NCBI RefSeq assembly: GCF_029946505.1
Contig: NZ_JARZHG010000009.1
Span: 106,927 to 170,926, forward strand
From: Polyangium sp. y55x31
Lineage (GTDB): Bacteria > Myxococcota_A > Polyangia > Polyangiales > Polyangiaceae
Reading direction: 5' to 3'
DNA: 64,000 nt
In this document: one piece after another, positions 35,888 through 46,364 of the stretch
Numbering within the stretch: position 1 is the stretch's first letter
How the letters are laid out: every line of letters starts with the position of its first letter
Made by a program: the position numbers and the translations under genes
The notes under the pieces: generated by a model
The model's input: only the letters and a program-made list of their open reading frames with translations
What the model was told of the DNA's origin: nothing
The model's database searches: none

Positions 35888-36598
35888 TCAGCCCTCCTCA
35901 CCCTTGTCGCTGAGGTGCACCGGGTCGATCCGGACGCCCGGCCCCATCGTCGAAGACAACGTGATGCTCCGGAGATAAATCCCCTTCGCCGTCGACGGCT
36001 TCGCGCGGATGAGAGCCTGAATCAAGGCCTCCGCGTTCTTGGCGAGCGCGTCCTCCTTGAAGGAGACCTTGCCGATCCGAGCGTGCACGATGCCCGCCTT
36101 CTCGACGCGGTACTCCACCTTGCCGGCCTTCGCTTCGGACACCGCCGTCTTCACGTCGACGGTGACGGTGCCGACCTTCGGGTTCGGCATGAGGCCTCGC
36201 GGACCGAGGATACGACCGAGCTTACCGACCAAACCCATCATGTCGGGCGTCGCGATCACGCGGTCGAAGTCCATGAAGCCTTCCTGGATCTTGTTCACCA
36301 GGTCGGCCTCACCGACGAAATCGGCGCCCGCCGCTTCCGCTTCCTTCGCCTTTTCGCCCTTGGCGAAGACGAGGACGCGGACCGACTGGCCCGTTCCTGC
36401 CGGCATGACCACGGCGCCGCGAACCATCTGGTCCGCGTGACGCGGGTTCACGCCCAGCCGCACTGCGATGTCGACGGTCTCGTCGAACTTCGCCGATGCA
36501 GCCTGCTTGACGAGTGCACACGCTTCTTGAAGCGTGTACTTGCGCGTGCGGTCCACCATGGCCTGGGCCGCAGCGCGTTTCTTGGCGACTTTCGGCAT
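35888..36598 (-). CDS. rplA: 50S ribosomal protein L1
   Basis: L1 sequence. Confidence 0.97.
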   Translation of the reverse strand: MPKVAKKRAAAQAMVDRTRKYTLQEACALVKQAASAKFDETVDIAVRLGVNPRHADQMVRGAVVMPAGTGQSVRVLVFAKGEKAKEAEAAGADFVGEADLVNKIQEGFMDFDRVIATPDMMGLVGKLGRILGPRGLMPNPKVGTVTVDVKTAVSEAKAGKVEYRVEKAGIVHARIGKVSFKEDALAKNAEALIQALIRAKPSTAKGIYLRSITLSSTMGPGVRIDPVHLSDKGEEG

Positions 36599-36769
36599 CT
36601 GCCCTCCTGTTGTATCGGCTTACGCCTCCCACGGTGCGCCGTTTTAACCGTGGTGCTCTCCTCCCAACGTGGGGGGGTGCTCTTATCGAGCCGCGCTTTC
36701 ACGCGGCCGCGCGTTCGTCGCCGGCTTCTCCGACGAACGGAGATGCGACAGAACGCGCGAAGGACGAAC

Positions 36770-37213
36770 TCAGTCGACGATCGTGATGCCCATCGAGCGG
36801 GCCGTGCCCGCCATGCTGCGCATCGCCGAATCGAGGTTCGTCGTGTTCATGTCCTGCATCTTCATCTGCGCAAGCTCCTGGAGCTGCTTGCGCGTCACCT
36901 GACCAACCTTCACCTTGTTCGGCTCCTTCGAACCCGAACCAGGCTTCTTCTTGGTCTCGAGCCCCGCGGCCTTCTTGAGAAGGACCGACGCGGGCGGCGT
37001 CTTCAAGATGAACGTGAACGACCGGTCCGAATAGACCGTGATCACCACCGGGATGATCATGTCGCCCTGCGAGGCGGTCCGCGAGTTGAAGTCCTTGCAG
37101 AACGCCATGATGTTCACGCCGTGCTGGCCGAGCGCAGGACCGACCGGCGGCGAGGGGTTGGCCTTCCCCGCAGGGAGCTGAAGCTTGACGTACCCGGTGA
37201 CCTTCTTCGCCAT
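36770..37213 (-). CDS. rplK: 50S ribosomal protein L11
   Basis: L11 sequence ([19 protein letters not shown]). Confidence 0.97.
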   Translation of the reverse strand: MAKKVTGYVKLQLPAGKANPSPPVGPALGQHGVNIMAFCKDFNSRTASQGDMIIPVVITVYSDRSFTFILKTPPASVLLKKAAGLETKKKPGSGSKEPNKVKVGQVTRKQLQELAQMKMQDMNTTNLDSAMRSMAGTARSMGITIVD

Positions 37214-37268
37214 TGCTTTACCCGTTCTGTGCTGCGTCTACCTTGTTCGTACCGACCCGGAGCGTCGC

Positions 37269-37799
37269 TCAGCGCTTCTCCACCGCCGAAAAATCGAGCT
37301 CCACGCTGGTCGGACGGCCGAAGATCGACACCTTGACCTTCAGCTTCTGCTTATCCATCTTCACGTCGTCCACGGTCCCGGTGAAGTTGGCGAACGCGCC
37401 GTCGAGCACGCGAACCTCCTCGCCGACCTCGAACGTGAGCTTGGGCTTCGGCTTGACCGCGCCCTCCACGATGCCTCGACGCAGACTCTCGATCTGCGGG
37501 GCCGGGACCTCTTGCGGCGTCTGGTTGCCGATGAAGCCCGTCACCTTCGGCGTGTCCTTCACGAGGTGCCACACCGTCTCGCTCATCTCCATCTCGGCAA
37601 AGATGTAGCCAGGCAAGCTGAGCTTCTGACGAACCCGCTGCTTGCCCCCCGGGCGATTCTCCGTGACCGTTTCATGCGGGATCAAGATCTCGCCAATCTT
37701 GTCCTCGAGGCCGTGCTGCTTCGCTCGCTGCTGGAGCGCATCGCGCACCTTCGCCTCGTATCCCGAGTAGGTATGAATGACGTACCACTTCTTCGCCAT
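37269..37799 (-). CDS. nusG: transcription termination/antitermination factor NusG
   Basis: NGN and KOW domains are present. Confidence 0.97.
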   Translation of the reverse strand: MAKKWYVIHTYSGYEAKVRDALQQRAKQHGLEDKIGEILIPHETVTENRPGGKQRVRQKLSLPGYIFAEMEMSETVWHLVKDTPKVTGFIGNQTPQEVPAPQIESLRRGIVEGAVKPKPKLTFEVGEEVRVLDGAFANFTGTVDDVKMDKQKLKVKVSIFGRPTSVELDFSAVEKR

Positions 37800-37821
37800 G
37801 GCGCGTGGCTCCCGAACGGCC

Positions 37822-38478
37822 CTAGCTTCCAGTGCCGTAGACGATGCCCGTCACGAACGACCACAACCGGTCGAGCAGCGCGAGATAAAGGGTGGCCACG
37901 GCACTCGCCGCAATGACCACCATGGTTGAGTTCGTGACGTCCTTCTTGGTCGGCCACTTGACCTTGATCAGCTCCGAAGCGACCTCGTCCGTCCACTCGC
38001 GTACGTCCGGACGACGATAGGTCCGCAGCGTGACGATGACCGCGATGACGCCGGCGATCACAGTCGCATACGTCGCCTTGTCCTCGTCCGCGACCGCCGC
38101 CAGCGCAGGCACCGCCCGGCTGAACCAGTCCCGGTTCGAGAGGTTGCCCCAGATCCCGTGGATGGCCTTGCCAAGCACGTACGCGCCGAGGATCGCCGCC
38201 CCGAAGAACCCCGCCATCACGTAGCGATCGGTCCCGAGCTGCCGCGCCGCCGCGACCTCGGCGTCTTCCCCAGCCTCTTCGCCCGCAGCCTGCTCCTCCG
38301 AGCCTTCCGCAGCTTCGTCGTGCTCTTCGCCGGCTTCGTCCGCGCTCGGCGCCACGTCGAGATCGCTCCCCTTGCGCACCGCGAGCGAGGCATCCGCACC
38401 CGAATCCGGGGCGGAATCCGGCGCAGAGCCCTTCTTCTGGGCCTTCCGTGCCTCGTCTTTCTCTCGTCGTGTCGCCAT
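37822..38478 (-). CDS. secE: preprotein translocase subunit SecE with long acidic N-terminal extension
   Basis: The C-terminal TM helix and amphipathic region are SecE-like (WPTKKDVTNSTMVVIAASAVATLYLALLD). Start is taken at ATG 38478. Confidence 0.8.
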   Translation of the reverse strand: MATRREKDEARKAQKKGSAPDSAPDSGADASLAVRKGSDLDVAPSADEAGEEHDEAAEGSEEQAAGEEAGEDAEVAAARQLGTDRYVMAGFFGAAILGAYVLGKAIHGIWGNLSNRDWFSRAVPALAAVADEDKATYATVIAGVIAVIVTLRTYRRPDVREWTDEVASELIKVKWPTKKDVTNSTMVVIAASAVATLYLALLDRLWSFVTGIVYGTGS

Positions 38479-38622
38479 CGCCGTTCGTCCCAACGTGCCG
38501 GATCTCGCTTCGAGCAGCGTCACCGACATCTACGCCTCGCCCGCTCACTTTCGTGAGACCGAGCGAGGCGTCTCATGCTGCCCCTACCTGATGCTGAACG
38601 CGAGAGGAGGGGCCCTTGTGGG

Positions 38623-38695
38623 CAGGGGCAGAGAGGCTCGAACTCCCGACCTGCGGATTTGGAATCCGCTGCTCTACCAGCTGAGCTATACCCCT
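38623..38695 (-). tRNA. tRNA-Trp (anticodon CCA)
   Basis: The minus strand reads AGGGGTATAGCTCAGCTGGTAGAGCAGCGGATTCCAAATCCGCAGGTCGGGAGTTCGAGCCTCTCTGCCCCTG. The 3' CCA is not encoded. Confidence 0.85.
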
Positions 38696-38756
38696 TCAAC
38701 CTGCTCGACCCGGGACAGATGCCACGAGCCGAGCAGTTCGTCTACTTCGGATCCGA

Positions 38757-38954
38757 CTACTTCGTCTCCCGGTGCAGCGTGTGCTTCTTGCACTGCTTGC
38801 AGAACTTCTTCAGTTCCACGTAATCCCCGGGGGATTTGGTCGTCTTGTAGTTCCTCGCCGTACACTCGGTGCAGGCCAACGAGACCGGGATGCGTGTCCC
38901 TCGTTCTCCCGAGGCCCTACCGGAGCCACGGGACCCGCCGTCCTGCACCGACAT
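38757..38954 (-). CDS. rpmG: 50S ribosomal protein L33
   Basis: ...[37 protein letters not shown] has an L33 zinc-ribbon-like C-terminus. Confidence 0.85.
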   Translation of the reverse strand: MSVQDGGSRGSGRASGERGTRIPVSLACTECTARNYKTTKSPGDYVELKKFCKQCKKHTLHRETK

Positions 38955-38963
38955 CACGCCTCG

Positions 38964-40154
38964 TTACTTGAGGATCTTGGTCACGATGCCCGCGCCGACG
39001 GTCTTGCCGCCCTCGCGGATCGCGAACCGCATCTGCTCCTCGAGCGCGACCGGCGCGATGAGCTCGATGTCCATCGTGATGTTGTCGCCCGGCATCACCA
39101 TCTTGACCCCCTCGGGGAGCTTGACGGTGCCCGTCACGTCCGTCGTCCGGATGTAGAACTGCGGGCGGTAGTTCGTGAAGAACGGCGTGTGACGGCCGCC
39201 CTCCTCCTTCTTCAGGACGTACACCTCGCCCTTGAAGTGCGTGTGCGGGGTGATCGAGCCCGGCTTCGCGAGGACCTGACCACGCTCGATGTCGTCCTTC
39301 TCGACACCGCGCAGGAGGCAACCGACGTTGTCACCGGCGATGCCCTGATCGAGCAGCTTCCGGAACATCTCGACGCCCGTGACGACGGTCTTGCGCGTGT
39401 CCTTGAAGCCGATGATCTCGACCTCTTCGCCGACCTTCACCACGCCGCGCTCGATACGGCCCGTGGCCACCGTGCCGCGGCCCTTGATCGAGAACACGTC
39501 CTCGATCGCCATGAGGAACGGCTTGTCGACCGCGCGCTCCGGCTCCGGGATGTAGGAGTCGAGCGCGTCGAGCAGCTCGCCGATCTTCGCCTCCCACTTG
39601 GGGTCGCCCTGGAGCGCCGGGAGCGAAGCACCACGGATGACGGGCGCGTTGTCGCCGTTGAAGTTGTACTTGTTGAGGAGCTCGCGGACCTCCATCTCGA
39701 CGAGGTCCAGCATCTCCGGGTCGTCCACCGCGTCACACTTGTTGAGGAAGACGACGAGGTAGTTCAGGCCGACCTGACGCGCGAGGAGCACGTGCTCGCG
39801 GGTCTGCGGCATGACGCTGTCGAGCGCGCTGACCACGAGGATCGCGCCGTCCATCTGCGCGGCGCCCGTGATCATGTTCTTGATGTAGTCAGCGTGGCCG
39901 GGGCAGTCGACGTGCGCGTAGTGGCGCTTCGGCGACTCGTACTCCACGTGCGCGGCCGCGATCGTCACCGTCTTGGTCTCGTCACGGACCGTACCGCCCT
40001 TGGCGATGTCGGCGTACTTGATCTCTTTCGCAAGCTTCTGCTTGGACTGGACCTTGACGATGGCCGCCGTGAGCGTGGTCTTACCGTGATCGATGTGGCC
40101 GATCGTGCCGACGTTCACGTGGGGCTTGGTTCGAGTGAATTTCTCCTTGGCCAT
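38964..40154 (-). CDS. tuf: elongation factor Tu
   Basis: [32 protein letters not shown]... Confidence 0.98.
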   Translation of the reverse strand: MAKEKFTRTKPHVNVGTIGHIDHGKTTLTAAIVKVQSKQKLAKEIKYADIAKGGTVRDETKTVTIAAAHVEYESPKRHYAHVDCPGHADYIKNMITGAAQMDGAILVVSALDSVMPQTREHVLLARQVGLNYLVVFLNKCDAVDDPEMLDLVEMEVRELLNKYNFNGDNAPVIRGASLPALQGDPKWEAKIGELLDALDSYIPEPERAVDKPFLMAIEDVFSIKGRGTVATGRIERGVVKVGEEVEIIGFKDTRKTVVTGVEMFRKLLDQGIAGDNVGCLLRGVEKDDIERGQVLAKPGSITPHTHFKGEVYVLKKEEGGRHTPFFTNYRPQFYIRTTDVTGTVKLPEGVKMVMPGDNITMDIELIAPVALEEQMRFAIREGGKTVGAGIVTKILK

Positions 40155-40218
40155 CGTTCTTGCTCCTGACGGTTGCCGACCGCGACGGTCGCGCGCGCTG
40201 TCCTTTCTTTACGGTTGC

Positions 40219-40294
40219 TGGAGCCCACCATCGGGATTGAACCGACGACCTCGTCCTTACCAAGGACGTGCTCTACCAACTGAGCTAGGTGGGC
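40219..40294 (-). tRNA. tRNA-Thr (GGT), CCA encoded
   Basis: Cloverleaf with anticodon loop CCTTGGTAAGG. Confidence 0.85.
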
Positions 40295-40307
40295 ATGGAG
40301 CCGGCGG

Positions 40308-40380
40308 AGCGGGCGACCGGGTTCGAACCGGCGACGTTCAGCTTGGAAGGCTGACGCTCTACCAACTGAGCTACGCCCGC
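40308..40380 (-). tRNA. tRNA-Gly (TCC), CCA not encoded
   Basis: GCGGGCGTAGCTCAGTTGGTAGAGCGTCAGCCTTCCAAGCTGAACGTCGCCGGTTCGAACCCGGTCGCCCGCT. Confidence 0.85.
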
Positions 40381-40465
40381 AGATAGAGTTCGGGAGGTAC
40401 TCCCCCAACCTCATCTACGTACCGACTTTCCGACTCCGCGGGTCGAGACACCTCATCGGTGTCTC

Positions 40466-40550
40466 GGTGGAGGGTGATGGATTCGAACCATCGAAGGCAA
40501 TTGCCGGCAGATTTACAGTCTGCTCCCTTTGGCCGCTCGGGCAACCCTCC
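40466..40550 (-). tRNA. tRNA-Tyr (GTA) with long variable arm
   Basis: GGAGGGTTGCCCGAGCGGCCAAAGGGAGCAGACTGTAAATCTGC...GGTTCGAATCCATCACCCTCCACC. Confidence 0.85.
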
Positions 40551-40670
40551 AGATTGTCAACGTCTCGCGAGATCCAAGGGCTCGCGGGTCCCTCTCTACT
40601 CTGTTTCGGTCGGTTCGTCTCCTGAGATTTTACTCTCGTTCGTCCGAGCCTTCCGCCCCTGACAGTCCGG

Positions 40671-40746
40671 TGGAGCTGACGAGGGGACTTGAACCCCTAA
40701 CCCCCTGCTTACAAGGCAGGTGCTCTACCGGTTGAGCTACGCCAGC
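40671..40746 (-). tRNA. tRNA-Thr (TGT), CCA encoded
   Basis: GCTGGCGTAGCTCAACCGGTAGAGCACCTGCCTTGTAAGCAGG... Confidence 0.85.
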
Positions 40747-41029
40747 GAGTTCCTCCCTCGAAGACAGACGTGTCCCGTCAAAGGGGAGCAGGCTCTTAGC
40801 CCCTTGCTTTTGACATGTCAAGCCGGATGAAAGGTTTTGTGTTTGGAGCGGGCCGGACGCCGTGCGCCAAACACCGGAATCCCCGGCATCCCAGGCAGAG
40901 GGACCTCCCCCGGCAGGCTGGATCGCGAACCCGTACGTGAGCAGGCAAGCGAGGCACGATCCTCGCGACCTGTCCTTGCCGCAACTTCTTGCACCACCCG
41001 CGCGCATCTTGCGATGCTCGCGCCGCATC

Positions 41030-42949
<1,920 letters not shown>

Positions 42950-43237
42950 CGCAACGCGTCTCCCTCGGACCCCTCGACATGCACGAGCGGCGGCCCTAGA
43001 TGGGAATTCACTCGTGTGTCACCGCGTTTTGACGCGCTTGACGCCCGTTCGACGCGGGTGCTAGATGGATCTTGCGAGCGATGACGCTCGTTCGCAGAAG
43101 CCTCTGCTCGACGGTTCGGCGCAGCGTGTCAAAGGTCACGAGCTGCACTTCGCAGCCCACGTCGGTGCCGATGCCAGAGGTGCAGAGGAGAAGGTCGTTC
43201 ACGGGCAATGGGCAGTAGACGCCGCGGAGCCATGCGG

Positions 43238-43498
43238 ATGACGTGGCTCGATATGTGCCGCTCCGACGAGTATCGGGGGCGGTGGGTCGCGTTGGACAAC
43301 ATCGATTACGAGGACGGCTCGTCCCAACCCCAGCAGGCGGATGTCGTCGACAGCGACGAAGACCTCGGGGAGTTATGCAGCCGGATGCGCGAGTCCGACA
43401 GGACGGCATGCGCGATCCTGTACTGCGAGGGTGAGGCGTTCACGCCGCCCGTCGCCAAGCGGGCCGCCATGTCGACGCGAGGTGCCGCGCACCGCTAG
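43238..43498 (+). CDS. small hypothetical protein, possibly DUF5678-like (YRGxWVAL...VV.SDEDLGEL...ILY)
   Basis: GGAG lies 7 nt upstream of the ATG at 43238 and codon GC3 bias is acceptable. The pattern was recalled from memory, not searched. Confidence 0.3.
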   Translation: MTWLDMCRSDEYRGRWVALDNIDYEDGSSQPQQADVVDSDEDLGELCSRMRESDRTACAILYCEGEAFTPPVAKRAAMSTRGAAHR

Positions 43499-43603
43499 CA
43501 AGCTCAGCGCCGCTTCCGCCTCGATTCCCCCCTCTTTCTTCCCCACGAACTGACGCTGCCACGAAGGACGCGCTCGAAGCCGCGCCCGGGCCGATGCTTT
43601 GAG

Positions 43604-43737
43604 CTCCTAGCAGCCTGTGGAATGATCGTCGCGAGCGCCCCGAAGCTAGGGCGACGGAGCGAGGAATCCTGAAGGATTTCGAGCGATGTCGACCGACGAT
43701 TCGGGGCGCGCAGCAGATAAGTCCACAGGCTCCTAGC
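43604..43737. other. nested inverted-repeat structured element (candidate 3'-UTR RNA structure or ncRNA) abutting the stop of gene 43733..45502
   Basis: The outer stem is 43606-43621 / 43722-43737 (14/16 bp). The inner perfect 10-bp stem is GCGCCCCGAA (43635-44) / TTCGGGGCGC (43700-09). A small hairpin GGAATCC-tgaa-GGATTTC lies inside. Confidence 0.3.
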
Positions 43738-45502
43738 GAAGGATCGGCTTGAGCGTGGGTTTGCCGTCCTTCATCACCACGTTGTAATCGACCGATTTTT
43801 GCGGGTGAGAAGCCTTGAGCTTCTCGGCCTGCTGGCGGAGCTGCTTGGCGAGCGCCTCGTACGTGACGCCCGCGGTCGACTCCTTCGCGGCGCGCTTGGC
43901 CTCGACGTACTGCGCGTAAATCTGGCGGATTCGTGCGTCCGAGAGGTCCTCGGACGAACCTTGCGACGGGCGAGGTCGCGCAGGCTGCGGGCGCGGCTCG
44001 GGCTGCGGGCGCGGCTCGGCCGAGGCTCCCGTGTCCGGCGGCGACGGCGCCTCGGCCGGAGGATCGGGCGGCGGAGGCGCGACGACCGCGCGCATGTTGC
44101 GGCTGCTCTTTCGCCGCGAGGACGGGGCCGGCACGCTCGGCGCGGGTTCGTCGGACACGTTCGGGACGTGGACGGCGGCCCGCGTGCGTGTGCTCGAAGG
44201 CCTGCGTCGCGAGGGCGGCCCTTGCTTGGTCGCGTCGAGGTCGAAGTCGAGATCCAGCGGGCGCGCCGAGGCCGGGCCGCTCGGGCCAGCTTTGCCTTGT
44301 TTCGCCTGGGCCGCGAGCTCGGCGACGCGGCGCTTGCCGAGGTCGGGCGACGAAGCTTGCGGGCGTCGTGCGGCCGGCGCCTCGACCGGCGGAGGGCCCT
44401 CGGCGGGCTTCGTTTCGGCGGGTTTCGCGTCCGCAGGCTTCGCCGCCGAGACCTCGACGGGCCGGCGCATCATCATCATCAGCGGCACGGGCTCGGGCTT
44501 TTTCGCGGGCTCCGGCTTGGCGGGCGGCGCGGGCTCGGCCGGCTTCGCCGCGGGCGGAGGCTCGGGCGGCGGCAGAGGTGCAGGCTCGGGCGGCAGCGCG
44601 GACGGACGATCGATCGGCGTCGAGGGGAGCGGCGGACGCGGCGGCGGCTTGGCAGCGAGCGGAGGCGGCGGCGCAGGGGGTTTGCCCGCGGGCGGCGGCG
44701 GCGGCGCGGCGGGTTTGCCCGCGGGTGGAGGCAGCGGCGGCGCAGCCGGTTTCGTGGCCGCGGGCGGCGGAGGCGATGGCGCCGTGGGTTTGCCCGCGGG
44801 CGGCGGCGGCGGTGCAGGCGGTTTTGCGATCGCGGGCGGCGGCGGAGGCAACGCGGAGATCCGTCCCGGATTCGAAGGCGGCGGCGGAGGCGGCGCAGCC
44901 GGCTTCGTGGCCGCGGGCGGCGGCGGCGGGGCCGCGGGCTTCGGAGGCGGCGGAGGCGGCGGCGCAGCCTTGGCCGGCGGCGGCTCCGCGGTCGTGAATT
45001 CGAGCGCGTCGTCGGCGATCTCCTCGTCGACGAAATCCTCGACGTCGTCGGCCAGGAGATCCTCGTCGGCGAGCGTCTCCTCGTCGATCGTGAGCGCTTG
45101 CTTGCGGATGCGGGCGCGGCGCTCTTCCTGCGCGGCGGCGAGCTTCGCGTACTTCTCTTTGTGCTTCTTGCCGAGGATCGTCAGCGCGTCCTTCGCGCCG
45201 AAGCGCGCGGCGGCGCGGAGCACGTCGCGCTGGTAGGTGCCGTTCTCGATCTCGCGCGCGACCCGGCCCCAGTACTGCTGGAACGTGTTGTAGCGCTGGA
45301 TCAGCGTCTGGAACTTGAAGCGCAGCGCCGTGTTCCGGATCTGCTCGCGGCGCAGGAGCATGATGCGCCGCTCGAGCTCCTTGCGCGGGACCAGCGGCTC
45401 GAGCTTCTCGATGCCAAGGAAGTACTGCTCGTAGAGCGCCCGCAGCCGTTCGAGTCGGCTGTCGAGATCCTCCAGGGCTCGTTCGACCTCGGCGTGTTCC
45501 AT
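43733..45502 (-). CDS. proline-rich repeat protein with conserved helical N- and C-terminal domains
   Basis: The N-terminus is MEHAEVERALEDLDSRLERLRALYEQYFLGIEKLEP.... The centre has ~15 repeats of (A/K)PAAPPPPP. The C-terminus is RIRQIYAQYVEAKRAAKEST...VMKDGKPTLKPILR. Confidence 0.7.
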   Translation of the reverse strand: MEHAEVERALEDLDSRLERLRALYEQYFLGIEKLEPLVPRKELERRIMLLRREQIRNTALRFKFQTLIQRYNTFQQYWGRVAREIENGTYQRDVLRAAARFGAKDALTILGKKHKEKYAKLAAAQEERRARIRKQALTIDEETLADEDLLADDVEDFVDEEIADDALEFTTAEPPPAKAAPPPPPPPKPAAPPPPPAATKPAAPPPPPPSNPGRISALPPPPPAIAKPPAPPPPPAGKPTAPSPPPPAATKPAAPPLPPPAGKPAAPPPPPAGKPPAPPPPLAAKPPPRPPLPSTPIDRPSALPPEPAPLPPPEPPPAAKPAEPAPPAKPEPAKKPEPVPLMMMMRRPVEVSAAKPADAKPAETKPAEGPPPVEAPAARRPQASSPDLGKRRVAELAAQAKQGKAGPSGPASARPLDLDFDLDATKQGPPSRRRPSSTRTRAAVHVPNVSDEPAPSVPAPSSRRKSSRNMRAVVAPPPPDPPAEAPSPPDTGASAEPRPQPEPRPQPARPRPSQGSSEDLSDARIRQIYAQYVEAKRAAKESTAGVTYEALAKQLRQQAEKLKASHPQKSVDYNVVMKDGKPTLKPILR

Positions 45503-45506
45503 GCGG

Positions 45507-46268
45507 TCAGAGCGGCGTCACCTTCAGGTTGTCGAAGCAGACCGGGACTTCCCAGTCGTTGAAGCCGAAATGCTCGTGTCCGGGGCCCGCGAGCGGCTCG
45601 GGGTCCGTGAGCGTGAAGTACTCGACGCCGTTGATGGACCAAACGATCGTCTTTCCGTCCGCGCGCTCGACGCGGAATCGATACGCCTGGCCCACGGCGA
45701 CGGGGCGCTCGCGCTCGTCGTCGCTCTTCGGGTCGATGTCGATCTCGAGCCGGTCGTCGCCGTGCTCGTCGAGGCGCGCGAGGACGTGCTTCGAGTTGCG
45801 CCAGCCGCCGAAGATCGCGATGTAGCTCGTCGCGTTCGTGTAGGACGTGCTCGTCGCGCCACTCTCGCCGTCGCCCCAGAGCTCGACCTTGAGGTCGCCG
45901 ATCGCGTTCTCGGCGTAGGCGTCGAACTCGATCCGCGCGTTCACGGGGAGCCGGCGACGGAGCCAGATGCCGCGGTTTCGCGCGTTTTTGCCGCAGAGGC
46001 GGCCGTTTTCGATGTGCCAGCCCGGCGAGAGCGCGTTCCAGTCCTCGCCGAGCGCAGCGCGGTCGAAGGTGTCCTCGAAGGGCGCGAGGATCGGCGGGCC
46101 GGGCGGGACCAGGGGGGCGGTCGGGGCCGTGGTTTGCGGGCGCGGGGCCGCCGGGCGGGCGGGCCGCGCGGGGCCGGAATCTACCGTGGGCGGTCCCTCG
46201 GGCACACACGAAACGAGCGTGAGCGAGAGGAGGGCGCACGCGCCGATCGTGGTCGCTCGTCTGAGCAC
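45507..46268 (-). CDS. lipoprotein with concanavalin-A-like/LamG-type (DUF1080-like) domain
   Basis: Lipobox LTLVSC is followed by a Pro-rich linker and then a single beta-sandwich-like domain. The assignment rests on general pattern only. It starts with GTG at 46268. Confidence 0.5.
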   Translation of the reverse strand: MLRRATTIGACALLSLTLVSCVPEGPPTVDSGPARPARPAAPRPQTTAPTAPLVPPGPPILAPFEDTFDRAALGEDWNALSPGWHIENGRLCGKNARNRGIWLRRRLPVNARIEFDAYAENAIGDLKVELWGDGESGATSTSYTNATSYIAIFGGWRNSKHVLARLDEHGDDRLEIDIDPKSDDERERPVAVGQAYRFRVERADGKTIVWSINGVEYFTLTDPEPLAGPGHEHFGFNDWEVPVCFDNLKVTPL

Positions 46269-46364
46269 TCCCGCATCGTAGCAGCAGGTGGGGCTCCACC
46301 AAAAGGGTCGCGATCACTTGCGACGCTTGCCCGGCCCTTGGGGCAAGCGTAAGGAAGGGCGGCC

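Noticed and set aside
36599-36769. Specific L1-binding operator in the rplK-rplA spacer
   Set aside because: I could not identify the rRNA-mimic motif by eye. It is kept only as a possibility under the ribosomal operon finding.
43733-46352. Plus-strand ORFs 43799..45562, 44031..45236 and 45501..46352
   Set aside because: They are antisense Gly/Arg-rich translations of the proline-repeat gene (CCG-rich DNA reads GGC/CGG on the other strand) and of the lipoprotein gene.
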